Source: an uncultured Clostridia bacterium
GTDB taxonomy: Bacteria > Bacillota > Clostridia > Lachnospirales > Anaerotignaceae
Direction of reading: 5' to 3'
Length of the DNA: 64,000 bases
NCBI GenBank assembly: GCA_944384265.1
Contig: CALWSR010000002.1
Location: 40,361 to 104,360 of the forward strand
Below, in pieces: positions 51,770 to 62,663 of the stretch. The translations under genes were made by a program, and so were the position numbers. Below the pieces are notes generated by a model that saw only the letters and a program-made list of their open reading frames with translations, did not search any database and was not told the origin of the DNA. Position 1 is the stretch's first letter; every line of letters begins with the position of its first letter.

Positions 51770-52846
51770 TTATAGTGTATGTGCAATTTTTGTAAATATC
51801 ATTCTTCCGGCAGCAGTTTGCAAAACACTTGTTACAATCACATTTTTTGTTTCGCCAATAAAACGGCTGCCCCCTTCTACTACAATCATTGTGCCATCAT
51901 TGAGATATCCAATGCCTTGTCCGTTTTCTTTTCCGGATTTTATAACAGTTACCTGCATTTCCTCTCCCGGCAGCACAACAGGCTTAATTGCATTTGCCAA
52001 TTCATTGATATTCAGCACACGAACGCCTTGAAACTCAGCCACCTTATTCAAATTAAAATCATTTGTCACAACAAAGGCATCCATTTTTTCCCCCATTTTA
52101 AGCAGCTTGGAATCTACCTCCAGTGCTTCCTTGGGGTCATAATCTACAATTTCTACCGGCACAGAAAGCTGCTTTTGGATTTCGTTTAAAATATCCAGTC
52201 CTCTTCGCCCTCTGTTTCGTTTTAAGGAATCAGAAGAATCTGCAATATGACGCAGCTCCTCCAAAACAAAATTGGGAATCAATATTTTCCCTTCAATAAA
52301 TCCTGTTTGGAGCAAATCCAATATTCTGCCATCTATAATGACACTGGTATCCAATATTTTGGGTCTTCCATAATAATCTCCATTTTTTTTAGAATCCGGA
52401 TTTGCCAATACCTTTTGTAAACCACTTACATTGATTTCATCCTTTTTCTTTCGTGCAACACGAAAGCCCAAAAAACCAAGCACAATGTTTAACAATATGA
52501 TAATACCCGTACCCAATGAGCCAAAGCTGCTAAAGGCAATACCGATTAAATTTGCAATCACCAGTCCTACAATACATCCCAATAAGCTAAAGCTCAACTC
52601 TTTTAAATTCATTTTTACCAATTTTTCTTCTGTTCGAGCCATCTGTGCCATAATCTTTTCTACAACAGCAGAGGAAAAAAGAATATAAAAAATGAGTCCA
52701 ACTACAACTGATAACGCAACCGGTATATAAGAAGGTATGATATATTTCATATTGAATAAGTCCAAAAGATACAACAAATGAAAAATTGCAAAAAATGCTG
52801 CTGTAACAATTAAACTGATTACAATTCCCAGCAATCTTTTCACCAT
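51770..52846 (-). CDS. PIN/TRAM domain membrane protein (YacL-like)
   Basis: [46 protein letters not shown]. Start at 52846. Confidence 0.93.
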   Translation of the reverse strand: MVKRLLGIVISLIVTAAFFAIFHLLYLLDLFNMKYIIPSYIPVALSVVVGLIFYILFSSAVVEKIMAQMARTEEKLVKMNLKELSFSLLGCIVGLVIANLIGIAFSSFGSLGTGIIILLNIVLGFLGFRVARKKKDEINVSGLQKVLANPDSKKNGDYYGRPKILDTSVIIDGRILDLLQTGFIEGKILIPNFVLEELRHIADSSDSLKRNRGRRGLDILNEIQKQLSVPVEIVDYDPKEALEVDSKLLKMGEKMDAFVVTNDFNLNKVAEFQGVRVLNINELANAIKPVVLPGEEMQVTVIKSGKENGQGIGYLNDGTMIVVEGGSRFIGETKNVIVTSVLQTAAGRMIFTKIAHTL

Positions 52847-52879
52847 TATCACCTCCCCCATAATAACGCTACTAAGATA

Positions 52880-53362
52880 TTAACAATTCAGTACCAAATT
52901 TGCAAGTAGTTCTTCTGCTTTTTCTGCATCAATTTCATAAGAGCATACAATTTCGCTCAGCACAATCTGCATTGCTGTACGAAACATCTTTTTTTCTATG
53001 GTGGAAAGTTTTTTTGTTTTTTCCCGCTCATTTAAGTTTTTAATCACCTCTGTGGCCATATCCAGCTTTCCTGTTTTTAATTTTTGTAAATTGTCTTTGT
53101 AACGCAAATTCCAATTTTCCGGCATAACCACTTTTCTGTTTGCCACTTCCTCCAATGCTTTTGCAACCTCCTGCTTTTTTGCCACAGCTCGTACACCCAG
53201 CTCCTCTGATTTGTTTGCAATCAAACGAATTTTCATATGGCTTTTGGGTAATTGTATAATATAATACAGCTCTGTTTGTGTTCCACTTTGTTTTTCCTCA
53301 ATTTGTTCTATCACACCAGCACCATACATAGGGTAAATGATTTTTTCACCTACTTGAAACAT
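52880..53362 (-). CDS. carD: CarD-family transcription factor
   Basis: MFQVGEKIIYPMYGAGVIEQIE, NWNLRYKDNLQKLKTG; sits in the conserved carD-yacL-ispD cluster. Confidence 0.88.
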   Translation of the reverse strand: MFQVGEKIIYPMYGAGVIEQIEEKQSGTQTELYYIIQLPKSHMKIRLIANKSEELGVRAVAKKQEVAKALEEVANRKVVMPENWNLRYKDNLQKLKTGKLDMATEVIKNLNEREKTKKLSTIEKKMFRTAMQIVLSEIVCSYEIDAEKAEELLANLVLNC

Positions 53363-53686
53363 AAATATCCTCCTTTTCTATCCATATTGTTATAAACAAA
53401 GTTTACCCAAAAGCCTGCTGAAAAATGCAAAAAAGCAGTATATTACTGCTTTTTGTAACACCCGGAAGCAATTATTTTTGCAAAAGCATTGTATGTGTTT
53501 TAGTATATCACATATAATAAAAAAAATCAAAATTTTTATTTTAACAATATTATATAAAAAAGTCAATTTATTTTTATTGCAGTATTGTTCATACTGTTTA
53601 CTACAATATTTAAATTGAAAAGCATACTGATATTTGCTATCATTAAGTACATACTATCATAAACTATTTTTTTAAGGAGGCATACC

Positions 53687-54592
53687 ATGTCTGCATTTGA
53701 GATTTTTAGTGATGGCGCTGCTGATATTCCGAAAAAAGAGGCACAAAAATACCATATTACAATCATACCTTTTTATGTTTCATTAGACCAAAAAACATAT
53801 CAAAAGGAAATAGAGGAGCTTTCTTTAGACACATTTTATCAAAAAATACACAAAGAAAATATTTTTCCCAAAACCTCTCTGCCTTCTGTACAGGATTATA
53901 TCAATGCCTTTACACCTGCTTTAGAAGCCGGCAAGGATATTTTATGCTTTACCATTACAGATACATTAAGCGGCTCCTTTCAATCTGCCAATTCTGCCAA
54001 AGAAATACTGAAAGAAAGCTATCCCCATGCAGCCATACTCATTGAAAACTCTTGGGCTGCCACCGGCTCACAGTATCTCATTGTCAGAGAAGCCGCCCGT
54101 ATGGCACAGGCAGGCCATTGTTTAGAGCAGGTTCATGACTATGTAGAAAAAACAAAACAATACAGCCGTATTTTTTTTGTCATTGGTACACTTGATTATT
54201 TGGAAAAGGGAGGCAGAATCGGAAAGGTCGCCTCTGTTTCTGGAAATATTTTAAGCATTAAACCTCTGATTGTATTAAAAAACGGAGAAATCAGCAAAGC
54301 CGGCATTGTCAGAAGCCGAAAAAAAGCCATGCTGAAATTGGCAGAGCTGACCAAAAACTATATTTTGCAAAGTCATTTGCATGAAACAGATTTTGTTGCC
54401 ACAATCGGTATTACAGACGACAAAACAGAGATTCCTCCCTTTCAGGAAATCATTGAAAAAGCTCTGCCTTCATTGCCTTTATTGGAGCCTTTTCAAATCG
54501 GTGCAACCATTGCCACCCACACAGGTCCTATGACATTGGGCATTTGTATTGTAAAAAAATTTGAAGCATATTTAAAGGAGCAGCAAAAATGA
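53687..54592 (+). CDS. DegV/FakB fatty-acid-binding protein
   Basis: PKTSLPS, SGSFQSA, LDYLEKGGRIG, IKPLI, IATHTGP. Confidence 0.93.
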   Translation: MSAFEIFSDGAADIPKKEAQKYHITIIPFYVSLDQKTYQKEIEELSLDTFYQKIHKENIFPKTSLPSVQDYINAFTPALEAGKDILCFTITDTLSGSFQSANSAKEILKESYPHAAILIENSWAATGSQYLIVREAARMAQAGHCLEQVHDYVEKTKQYSRIFFVIGTLDYLEKGGRIGKVASVSGNILSIKPLIVLKNGEISKAGIVRSRKKAMLKLAELTKNYILQSHLHETDFVATIGITDDKTEIPPFQEIIEKALPSLPLLEPFQIGATIATHTGPMTLGICIVKKFEAYLKEQQK

Positions 54593-55224
54593 AAAAACAT
54601 ATTATATTTGATTTGGACGGTACACTCATTGATTCTATGCCCATTTGGCAAAATATTGCAAAGCAGTATATGCAAAAATACCATTTGACAGCTCCCCCTA
54701 ATTTAAGGGAAATTGTAAAAAATCAAACATTGCCTGAAACAGCTGCTTATTTTAAAAAACAATTTGCCATTTCAAAACAAACAGATGAAATTGTAACAGA
54801 AATCATTGCCATGGTGGCACAGCAGTATCGTCACAGTGTCCCTTTAAAGCCCTATGCCAAACAGTATTTAGAAAAAGAAAAACAAAATGGTTCAAAAATG
54901 TGCATTTTGACTGCCTCTGAGCCTTCTTATATTTTTTCTGCCCTAAAACGTCTTGACATTGTAAAATATTTTTCTTTTATCGCCACCTGCACAGAAATGG
55001 GATTGACCAAAAATGATGCAGAGGCTTTTTCCATTACTATGGAAAGACTGGGAGGTAGCAAAGAAAATACAATCATATTTGAGGATGCACTTTATGCCAT
55101 CAACACTGCTAAAAAAGAAAATTTTTATGTGATTGCAGTGGCAGAGGATACCCGTTTGGAGGATGCGCCAAAAATCCAAAATCTGGCAGACAAATATATT
55201 CATTCCTATCAGGAGCTGCTGTAA
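54589..55224 (+). CDS. HAD-superfamily phosphatase
   Basis: IFDLDGTLIDSM, LTAS, IFEDALYAI. Confidence 0.9.
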   Translation: MKKHIIFDLDGTLIDSMPIWQNIAKQYMQKYHLTAPPNLREIVKNQTLPETAAYFKKQFAISKQTDEIVTEIIAMVAQQYRHSVPLKPYAKQYLEKEKQNGSKMCILTASEPSYIFSALKRLDIVKYFSFIATCTEMGLTKNDAEAFSITMERLGGSKENTIIFEDALYAINTAKKENFYVIAVAEDTRLEDAPKIQNLADKYIHSYQELL

Positions 55225-55450
55225 CAGCCTTTTGATACAAAAGACACAGTTTGCAGCTATATTTATTTTTACATTATTTTATAAACACTCCAATATTCTC
55301 TTTGGCCAGCATCCCTTTCCAATGAAAAAAACAGAGCGTTTGAAAGCATAAATAGATGGAAACGCTCTGTTTCTATTTCTGTTTGTTATTCAAGGGCTTG
55401 TATAGCATTTTCTTTTATTCAAAAGTGTCATATTCAAAATGGATTTTGAT

Positions 55451-55582
55451 TCATTCCAATGAAAAATCCATCAAAGGATTTTTTACAATGTAATAGCAAA
55501 ATCCCATATATTTTTCCATCAGATTTTCTAATCCCTCTTGAAGCTTTTTTTGCAAGCAATCTATCAATTTTTCATACTCCAT
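55451..55582 (-). pseudogene. ECF-type sigma factor N-terminal fragment
   Basis: MEYEKLIDCLQKKLQEGLENLMEKYMGFCYYIVKNPL* (43 aa) with a GGGGGTG RBS; resembles sigma region 1.2/2.1. Confidence 0.5.
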
Positions 55583-55735
55583 TTTTTCACCCCCCTTTTT
55601 ATTTATAATTGTGTTAAAAATCAATATTTCTGACAGAAAAAAACCATAAATGAATAAAAACTTGATTTTATCTATGAAATTATACTATAATCTATATGTT
55701 GCAGTTTACCACATTGGAAAGGATGTGCTTTATTT

Positions 55736-57010
55736 ATGTTAACATCAATCGTTGGCATCAACTGGGGAGATGAAGGAAAGGGAAGAATGGTAGACCTTCT
55801 TTCTGAAAACTATGATATCGTTTCTCGTTATCAAGGAGGTAATAATGCAGGGCATACTGTCATCAATGAGAAAGGAAAATTTATATTAAACCTTTTGCCC
55901 TCCGGCATTCTTCGAGAAGAGGTTATCAATATCATGGGGGCAGGCATGGTCATTGACCTGGAGCATTTAAGCGGTGAAAAGAAAAAATTGACAGATGCCG
56001 GTGTAAAAATCACACCCGAAAATTTAAAAATCAGCGACAGAGCCATTATTTGTATGCCATATCATAAACAACTGGATATTTTAGAAGAAGACCGCTTGGG
56101 AGATGCAAAGTTTGGCTCCACAAGACGGGGCATTTCTCCTGTTTATGGGGACAAATATATGAAAAAATGCATTCGTATGGGAGATTTGCTTTATCCTGAG
56201 CAATACAAAGCTGCTTTAAAAACAATATTAGACTGGAAAAATCTTACCATTACAAATGTGTATGGCCAAAAGGAAGTAAGCTATGAGGAAATGATAGCAT
56301 GGCTAGATAAATATGCCCAGGAATTTAAGGATTATATTTGTGATACCGGGCTTTATTTAAACAATGCTGTCAAGGCAGGAAAAAAAGTGATGTTTGAAGC
56401 ACAGCTTGGGGCTTTAAGAGACATTGACTTTGGTATTTATCCCTATACCTCCTCTTCCTCTACCATTGCCGCCTATGCTCCTATTGGTGCAGGTGTGCCA
56501 AATTTGAAATTGACAAACACCATTGGTATTATGAAAGCCTATTCCTCTTGTGTGGGAGAAGGTCCTTTTACTGTTGAGCTTTTTGGAGAGGAAGGAGAAG
56601 CACTGCGTGCTGCCGGAGGAGAATATGGTGCCGCAACAGGCAGACCAAGACGTGTGGGTCCCTTTGATGCAGTGGCTTCCCGTTATGGCGTTCGTGTACA
56701 GGGCTGTGATGAAGTGGCTTTGACAAAGCTGGACGTGCTTTCTTATTTAGAAAAAATTCCTGTTTGTACTGCTTACAGCATTAATGGCCACAAAACAACA
56801 GAATTTCCTTATTCTGCTCAGCTGGCTCTTGCAAAGCCTGTGATAGAATATGTAGAAGGCTGGCATTGTGATATTTCAAAATGCAGAAAGCCGGAGGATT
56901 TGCCTGCCCAAGCATTATCCTATATCAAATATATGGAAGAATTGGCACAATGCCGTATCAAATACGTTTCTGTGGGTGCTGCAAGAGAAGAATATATTGT
57001 AATGTATTAA
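55736..57010 (+). CDS. purA: Adenylosuccinate synthetase
   Basis: GINWGDEGKGR, RYQGGNNAGHT, GSTRRGISP, EAQLG, EYGAATGRPRRVG. Confidence 0.97.
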   Translation: MLTSIVGINWGDEGKGRMVDLLSENYDIVSRYQGGNNAGHTVINEKGKFILNLLPSGILREEVINIMGAGMVIDLEHLSGEKKKLTDAGVKITPENLKISDRAIICMPYHKQLDILEEDRLGDAKFGSTRRGISPVYGDKYMKKCIRMGDLLYPEQYKAALKTILDWKNLTITNVYGQKEVSYEEMIAWLDKYAQEFKDYICDTGLYLNNAVKAGKKVMFEAQLGALRDIDFGIYPYTSSSSTIAAYAPIGAGVPNLKLTNTIGIMKAYSSCVGEGPFTVELFGEEGEALRAAGGEYGAATGRPRRVGPFDAVASRYGVRVQGCDEVALTKLDVLSYLEKIPVCTAYSINGHKTTEFPYSAQLALAKPVIEYVEGWHCDISKCRKPEDLPAQALSYIKYMEELAQCRIKYVSVGAAREEYIVMY

Positions 57011-57020
57011 AGAGCATACA

Positions 57021-57051
57021 TAAAAAAAGGGTATTTGGCTGCCCTTTTTTT
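57021..57051 (+). terminator. Terminator after purA
   Basis: AAAAAAGGG..CCCTTTTTTT. Confidence 0.65.
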
Positions 57052-57376
57052 ATGTCACAAAAAAATTTCCCATAGTATTTTTTGGAGTTTTTTATTGATA
57101 TTGTATATTTTTTAGCTTTTTTTAATATCAAAAATAACTATTTTTGATATTTTGTTATGCTGTTTTTTCTTTTTTTATTATTGATATTGTACAGCAGCAC
57201 TTTTTTGCAGAAAAAAGAGTGTTTTCACAGTAAAATTGCCACTGGACAAACCTCTTTTCATGCTATAAAATGTATAAAACTGTGTGTTTTTATACACCAT
57301 TTTTGTATGCTGTTTTTTTTAAAACAGTTATATTTACATCATTTGAAACCCTAGCGTAATGACCGGAGGAATGAAA

Positions 57377-58465
57377 ATGGAAAAAAAAGTATATCTTGTA
57401 TTAGAAAATGGTCAGTTTTTTGAAGGAAATGCCTTTGGTGCAGACGGCGAAATCACCGGTGAAATTGTTTTTGCCACAGCCATGACAGGCTATCTGGAAA
57501 CATTAACAGACCCCAGCTATTATGGACAAATTGTTGTGCAGACATTTCCTTTAATTGGCAATTATGGTGTCATTCCTGCCGATTTTGAAAGTGCACAGCC
57601 CCATGTGAAAGCATATATCGTCAGAGAATGGTGTCAGGAACCCTCAAATTTTCGTTCAGAAGGGAATCTTGACACTTTTTTAAAGAACAGCGGTATCATA
57701 GGCCTTTGCGGCATCGATACCAGACAGCTTACAAAAATCATAAGAGAGTATGGTGTGATGAATGCCCGCATTGTTCATTCTATTGAGAATATAGACCACA
57801 TTGTTGCACAACTAAAAAACTATCGTGTCACAGATGCAGTGAAAAACACAACCTGCCGGAAAATCACAACTGCTGCGCCGGCCTCCCCCAAAAACAAAGT
57901 GGTTTTGATGGATTTTGGAGCCAAAAAGCATATCTATCAAGAGCTTATCAACCGAGGCTGCCAAGTCATTACTGTACCGGCATATACCACCTGTGAGGAA
58001 ATTGTGGCTTTAAAACCGGATGGTGTCATGCTTTCAAACGGCCCCGGCGACCCCAGCGAAAACACAGAAATTATTTCTGAGCTAAAAAAATTATTACAAA
58101 CAAATATTCCTACATTCGGAATTTGCTTGGGACATCAGCTGGTTGCCTTGGCAACAGGTGCCAGTACAATCAAATTAAAATACGGCCACAGAGGTGCAAA
58201 CCAGCCTGTAAAGGATTTGATTACGGGAAATGTGTATATCACCAGCCAAAACCATGGCTATGCTGTGGATTCTCAAACACTTCCTCAAAAATGTCAGGTA
58301 CGTTTTGTCAATGCCAATGATGGCACCTGTGAAGGAATTGATTATCAGGAAATGCCTGTTTTTACAGTACAGTTTCATCCTGAGGCAAATGGAGGTCCCA
58401 GAGATACCATGTTTTTATTTGACCGTTTTATTACATTGATGGGAGGTAACAAATCATGCCATTAA
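57377..58465 (+). CDS. carA: Carbamoyl-phosphate synthase small subunit
   Basis: LVLENG, TDPSYYGQI, LSNGPGDP, GICLGHQL, SQNHGYAV, VQFHPEA. Start at 57377 after GGAGGA. Confidence 0.97.
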   Translation: MEKKVYLVLENGQFFEGNAFGADGEITGEIVFATAMTGYLETLTDPSYYGQIVVQTFPLIGNYGVIPADFESAQPHVKAYIVREWCQEPSNFRSEGNLDTFLKNSGIIGLCGIDTRQLTKIIREYGVMNARIVHSIENIDHIVAQLKNYRVTDAVKNTTCRKITTAAPASPKNKVVLMDFGAKKHIYQELINRGCQVITVPAYTTCEEIVALKPDGVMLSNGPGDPSENTEIISELKKLLQTNIPTFGICLGHQLVALATGASTIKLKYGHRGANQPVKDLITGNVYITSQNHGYAVDSQTLPQKCQVRFVNANDGTCEGIDYQEMPVFTVQFHPEANGGPRDTMFLFDRFITLMGGNKSCH

Positions 58466-61400
58466 GACAAGATATTAAAAAAGTTTTAGTAATTGGCTCC
58501 GGTCCTATTGTCATAGGACAAGCGGCGGAATTTGACTATGCCGGTACACAGGCCTGCCGTACCCTTCGTGAGGAAGGCTTGGAGGTTGTGCTTGTAAACA
58601 GTAACCCTGCTACCATTATGACAGACAAGGCAATGGCTGACCGTATTTATATTGAGCCTCTCACCATTGATACTGTAAAAAGAATCATCGAAAAAGAAAA
58701 ACCAGACAGTGTTCTTTCTACATTAGGCGGTCAAACCGGTTTGACCCTTTCTATGCAGCTGGCAAAAGAAGGCTTTTTGGAAAAACATAACGTAAAGCTT
58801 CTGGGTGCAAACCCCCTTACCATTGACAAAGCAGAAGACAGACAAATGTTTAAAGATACTATGATTGAAATCGGAGAGCCTGTCATCCCCTCTGAAGTGG
58901 TGACTACACTGGAAGACGCCATTTCTTTTACAGAAAAAATAGGCTATCCTGTTATCATTCGTCCTGCATTTACACTGGGCGGAACAGGCGGCGGCATTTG
59001 TCACAACGAGGCAGAGCTGATTGAAATTGCTTCAAACGGTTTGCGTCTTTCCCCTATCACCCAGATATTGGTGGAAAAATGTATTTCCGGCTGGAAAGAA
59101 ATTGAATTTGAGGTAATGCGTGACAGCAAAGGAAATGTGATTACTATTTGCAGTATGGAAAATTTTGACCCTGTTGGCGTGCATACAGGTGATTCCATTG
59201 TCATTGCCCCTGCCGTAACATTAGCGGACAAAGAATATCAAATGCTTCGCTCCGCTTCTTTAAACATCATTTCTGCCCTTGGTGTGGAGGGCGGCTGTAA
59301 CTGCCAGTTTGCTTTAAATCCGGAAAGCTTTGAATATGCTGTTATCGAAGTAAACCCCCGTGTTTCCCGTTCTTCTGCATTGGCCTCCAAAGCAACAGGA
59401 TACCCCATTGCAAAGGTTGCTGCAAAAATTGCCATTGGCTATACATTAGATGAAATCAAAAATGCTGTGACAGGAAACACATATGCTTGTTTTGAACCAA
59501 CCATTGACTATGTGGTTGTAAAGCTTCCAAAATGGCCTTTTGACAAATTTGTATATGCAAAACGTCTTTTAGGCACACAAATGAAAGCCACAGGAGAAGT
59601 GATGGCAATCGCCCCTAACTTCGAAATGGCTATTATGAAGGCTGTCAGAGGTGCAGAAATTTCACTGGACAGCTTGAATCTGCCAAAGCTGGAAGAGCTT
59701 TCTACGGAACAAGTGTTGGAAAAAGTGCATATTTGTGACGATGAAAGACTTTTTGTGGTATTTGAAGCACTAAAAAGAGGCATTTCTGTAAATGAAATAT
59801 ACAACATTACAAAAATTGACAGATGGTTCTTATACAAATTACAAAATCTGGTAACATATGAAAAAACATTATCCCAGTCTACATTAGACCATGCTCTTTA
59901 TTTAAAAGGCAAAAAGCTGGGCTATCCTGACAAAGTCATTGAAAGAATTTCAAATCAAAAAATACAAAATCCTGTTCATGCAGTGTTTAAAATGGTAGAT
60001 ACCTGTGCGGCAGAATTCCATGCAGAAACACCTTATTTTTACTCCACATATGATACAGAAAATGAAGCACTGGAACACATTCAGGAAAAAGGCTCCACAA
60101 AACCAACTGTCATTGTATTTGGCTCCGGCCCCATTCGTATCGGGCAAGGTATCGAATTTGACTATGCCTCTGTTCACTGTGTTTGGGCATTAAAAGAGGC
60201 AGGATATGACGTGGTCATTGCAAACAACAACCCTGAAACGGTTTCCACTGACTTTGACACTGCCGACAGACTTTATTTTGACGCTTTGACACCGGAAGAT
60301 GTTATGAACATCATACACACAGAAAAGCCCTATGGCGTTGTGGTGGCATTTGGGGGACAAACTGCCATCAAGCTGACCAAATTTTTGGAGCAAAGCGGTG
60401 TGAAAATACTGGGAACCCCTGCCGACAGCATTGATGCCGCAGAAGACAGAGAACGCTTTGACGAGCTTTTGGAATCTTTAAATATCGAACGCCCCTCCGG
60501 TTACACTGTTATGAGAACAGAAGACGCTTTAAAAGTGGCTAACAATTTAGGCTACCCTGTTTTGATGCGTCCTTCCTATGTGCTTGGTGGTCAAAACATG
60601 ATTATTGCCCACAGTGATGAAGATATTCGGGAATATATGCAAATCATACTTTCCCATAACATTGAAAACCCTATATTGATTGACAAATATCTGATGGGTG
60701 TGGAAATTGAAGTAGACGCTATCTGTGACGGCGAGGACATTTTGATTCCCGGTATCATGGAACACATTGAAAGAGCAGGCATCCACTCCGGTGACTCCAT
60801 TGCTGTTTATCCTGCATGGAATGTCAGTGGCGAGCTGACGCAAAAGCTCATTGAATACACCAGAAACCTGGCAATTTCACTGAAAACAAAGGGGCTTGTC
60901 AACATACAGTATGTGATTTATGAAAATCAGATTTATGTTATTGAAGTAAACCCCCGTTCCTCCAGAACCATACCATATATCAGCAAAGTAACAGGTGTAC
61001 CAATGGTGGATTTGGCAACCAGAGCCATGCTGGGAGAAAAACTCAAAGATATGGGATATGGCACAGGACTTTATAAAACACCTCCTTATGTTGCTGTAAA
61101 AGTGCCTGTATTCTCTTTTGAAAAGCTCATTGACGTAGACGTACAGCTGGGACCTGAAATGAAATCCACCGGCGAAGTGCTTGGTATTGGAAAAACATTG
61201 AGCGAAGCCCTTTACAAAGGCTTGATTGCTGCCGGCTACAAAATGAAAAAACATGGTGCTTTGTTTGTAACCGTTCGTGACAGCGACAAAGCAGAAATCG
61301 TAGATATTGTGAAAAAATATGCTTCATTGGGATTTGAATTGTATGCCACAAAAGGTACTGCCAATGTGCTTTTGCAGGCAGGTATCAATGTCAAAGTGGT

Positions 61401-62508
61401 AAACAAAATACATGAATCCAAAGATAACTCCAAGGTGCTTTTGGAAAGCGGAAAAATCAACTACATCATTTCCACTTCTTCCAAGGGACGTTTGCCAAGC
61501 CTTGACAGCGTAAAAATCCGCCGTCTTGCAGTGGAGCATTCTATCCCCTGCTTGACTTCCATCGACACAGCAAATGCTTTGGCAGACAGCTTAATCAGTC
61601 GTTTCTCTGAATATAGCACAGAACTGGTAGACATCAACAATATGCGTGAAAAGAGAATGAAGCTTGCCTTTACAAAAATGTCTGCCTGCGGTAACGACTA
61701 TATTTACTTTAACTGCTTGGACGGAAATGAAATTACAAGCCCCGAATCCCTTGCCGTTTCTCTTTCACACAGACATTTCGGCATTGGCGGTGACGGTGTC
61801 GTACTCATGGAAAAATCTGACGTGGCAGATGTGAAAATGAGAATGTATAACTTAGACGGCAGTGAAGGCAGAATGTGCGGAAACGCCCTGCGTTGTATCG
61901 GTAAATATGTTTATGAAAACGGCTTTGTGCCAAAAACAACCATGACAGTAGAAACCCTCTCCGGCATCAAAGAAGTAAAGCTTTTTGTACAAAATGGTGT
62001 TGTAGACTTTGCCACTGTGGACATGGGAAAAGCCATACTTGACCCGGAACAAATTCCTGTCAAAATAAGAGGACTGCAGTTTAACAATGTATTAAATTAC
62101 CCTGTAACAATCGATGAGAAAGAATACAGCATTACCTGTGTGTCTATGGGCAACCCTCATGCCGTTGTATTTTGGAACAATCTGGACAATTTAGACATTG
62201 AAAAGATAGGACCTGCATTTGAATACAGTCCCCTCTTTCCTGAAAGAGTCAATGTAGAATTTGTACAGATTATCAATACAACAACATTAAAAATGCGTGT
62301 TTGGGAGAGAGGCAGCGGTGAAACATGGTCCTGTGGCACAGGTGCTTGTGCCGCCGCAGTTGCCGCTATACTCAATGGCTATTGCAACAAAGATAAACAA
62401 ATCACTGTAAAATTAAAGGGCGGCGATTTGCTCATCAAATATACAGATGACAGCGTTTATCTCTCCGGCAAAGCAGAAAAGGTTTATGAAGGTATTGTAG
62501 AAATTTAA
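58456..62508 (+). CDS. carB: Carbamoyl-phosphate synthase large subunit fused to C-terminal diaminopimelate epimerase (CarB-DapF)
   Basis: Two ATP-grasp halves (GSGPIVIGQAAEFDY; GSGPIRIGQGIEFDY) and an MGS domain. From 61657: FTKMSACGNDY, GIGGDG, MCGNALRC, SMGNPH, ERGSGETWSCGTG. Confidence 0.95.
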   Translation: MPLRQDIKKVLVIGSGPIVIGQAAEFDYAGTQACRTLREEGLEVVLVNSNPATIMTDKAMADRIYIEPLTIDTVKRIIEKEKPDSVLSTLGGQTGLTLSMQLAKEGFLEKHNVKLLGANPLTIDKAEDRQMFKDTMIEIGEPVIPSEVVTTLEDAISFTEKIGYPVIIRPAFTLGGTGGGICHNEAELIEIASNGLRLSPITQILVEKCISGWKEIEFEVMRDSKGNVITICSMENFDPVGVHTGDSIVIAPAVTLADKEYQMLRSASLNIISALGVEGGCNCQFALNPESFEYAVIEVNPRVSRSSALASKATGYPIAKVAAKIAIGYTLDEIKNAVTGNTYACFEPTIDYVVVKLPKWPFDKFVYAKRLLGTQMKATGEVMAIAPNFEMAIMKAVRGAEISLDSLNLPKLEELSTEQVLEKVHICDDERLFVVFEALKRGISVNEIYNITKIDRWFLYKLQNLVTYEKTLSQSTLDHALYLKGKKLGYPDKVIERISNQKIQNPVHAVFKMVDTCAAEFHAETPYFYSTYDTENEALEHIQEKGSTKPTVIVFGSGPIRIGQGIEFDYASVHCVWALKEAGYDVVIANNNPETVSTDFDTADRLYFDALTPEDVMNIIHTEKPYGVVVAFGGQTAIKLTKFLEQSGVKILGTPADSIDAAEDRERFDELLESLNIERPSGYTVMRTEDALKVANNLGYPVLMRPSYVLGGQNMIIAHSDEDIREYMQIILSHNIENPILIDKYLMGVEIEVDAICDGEDILIPGIMEHIERAGIHSGDSIAVYPAWNVSGELTQKLIEYTRNLAISLKTKGLVNIQYVIYENQIYVIEVNPRSSRTIPYISKVTGVPMVDLATRAMLGEKLKDMGYGTGLYKTPPYVAVKVPVFSFEKLIDVDVQLGPEMKSTGEVLGIGKTLSEALYKGLIAAGYKMKKHGALFVTVRDSDKAEIVDIVKKYASLGFELYATKGTANVLLQAGINVKVVNKIHESKDNSKVLLESGKINYIISTSSKGRLPSLDSVKIRRLAVEHSIPCLTSIDTANALADSLISRFSEYSTELVDINNMREKRMKLAFTKMSACGNDYIYFNCLDGNEITSPESLAVSLSHRHFGIGGDGVVLMEKSDVADVKMRMYNLDGSEGRMCGNALRCIGKYVYENGFVPKTTMTVETLSGIKEVKLFVQNGVVDFATVDMGKAILDPEQIPVKIRGLQFNNVLNYPVTIDEKEYSITCVSMGNPHAVVFWNNLDNLDIEKIGPAFEYSPLFPERVNVEFVQIINTTTLKMRVWERGSGETWSCGTGACAAAVAAILNGYCNKDKQITVKLKGGDLLIKYTDDSVYLSGKAEKVYEGIVEI

Positions 62509-62550
62509 TATACAAAAGCATAAAATACAAAAACACTTTATGAAATCTGT

Positions 62551-62586
62551 AAAAAAGGCAACGATTTTTACTCGTTGCCTTTTTTT
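62551..62586. terminator. Bidirectional terminator
   Basis: AAAAAAGGCAACGA..TCGTTGCCTTTTTTT between convergent genes. Confidence 0.8.
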
Positions 62587-62663
62587 ATAAAATCTGTTTT
62601 ACAGACCGGATTTATATTGTTATAAAAATCTGTTTTGACAATAGAAAGCTTTTTATTATCTAT

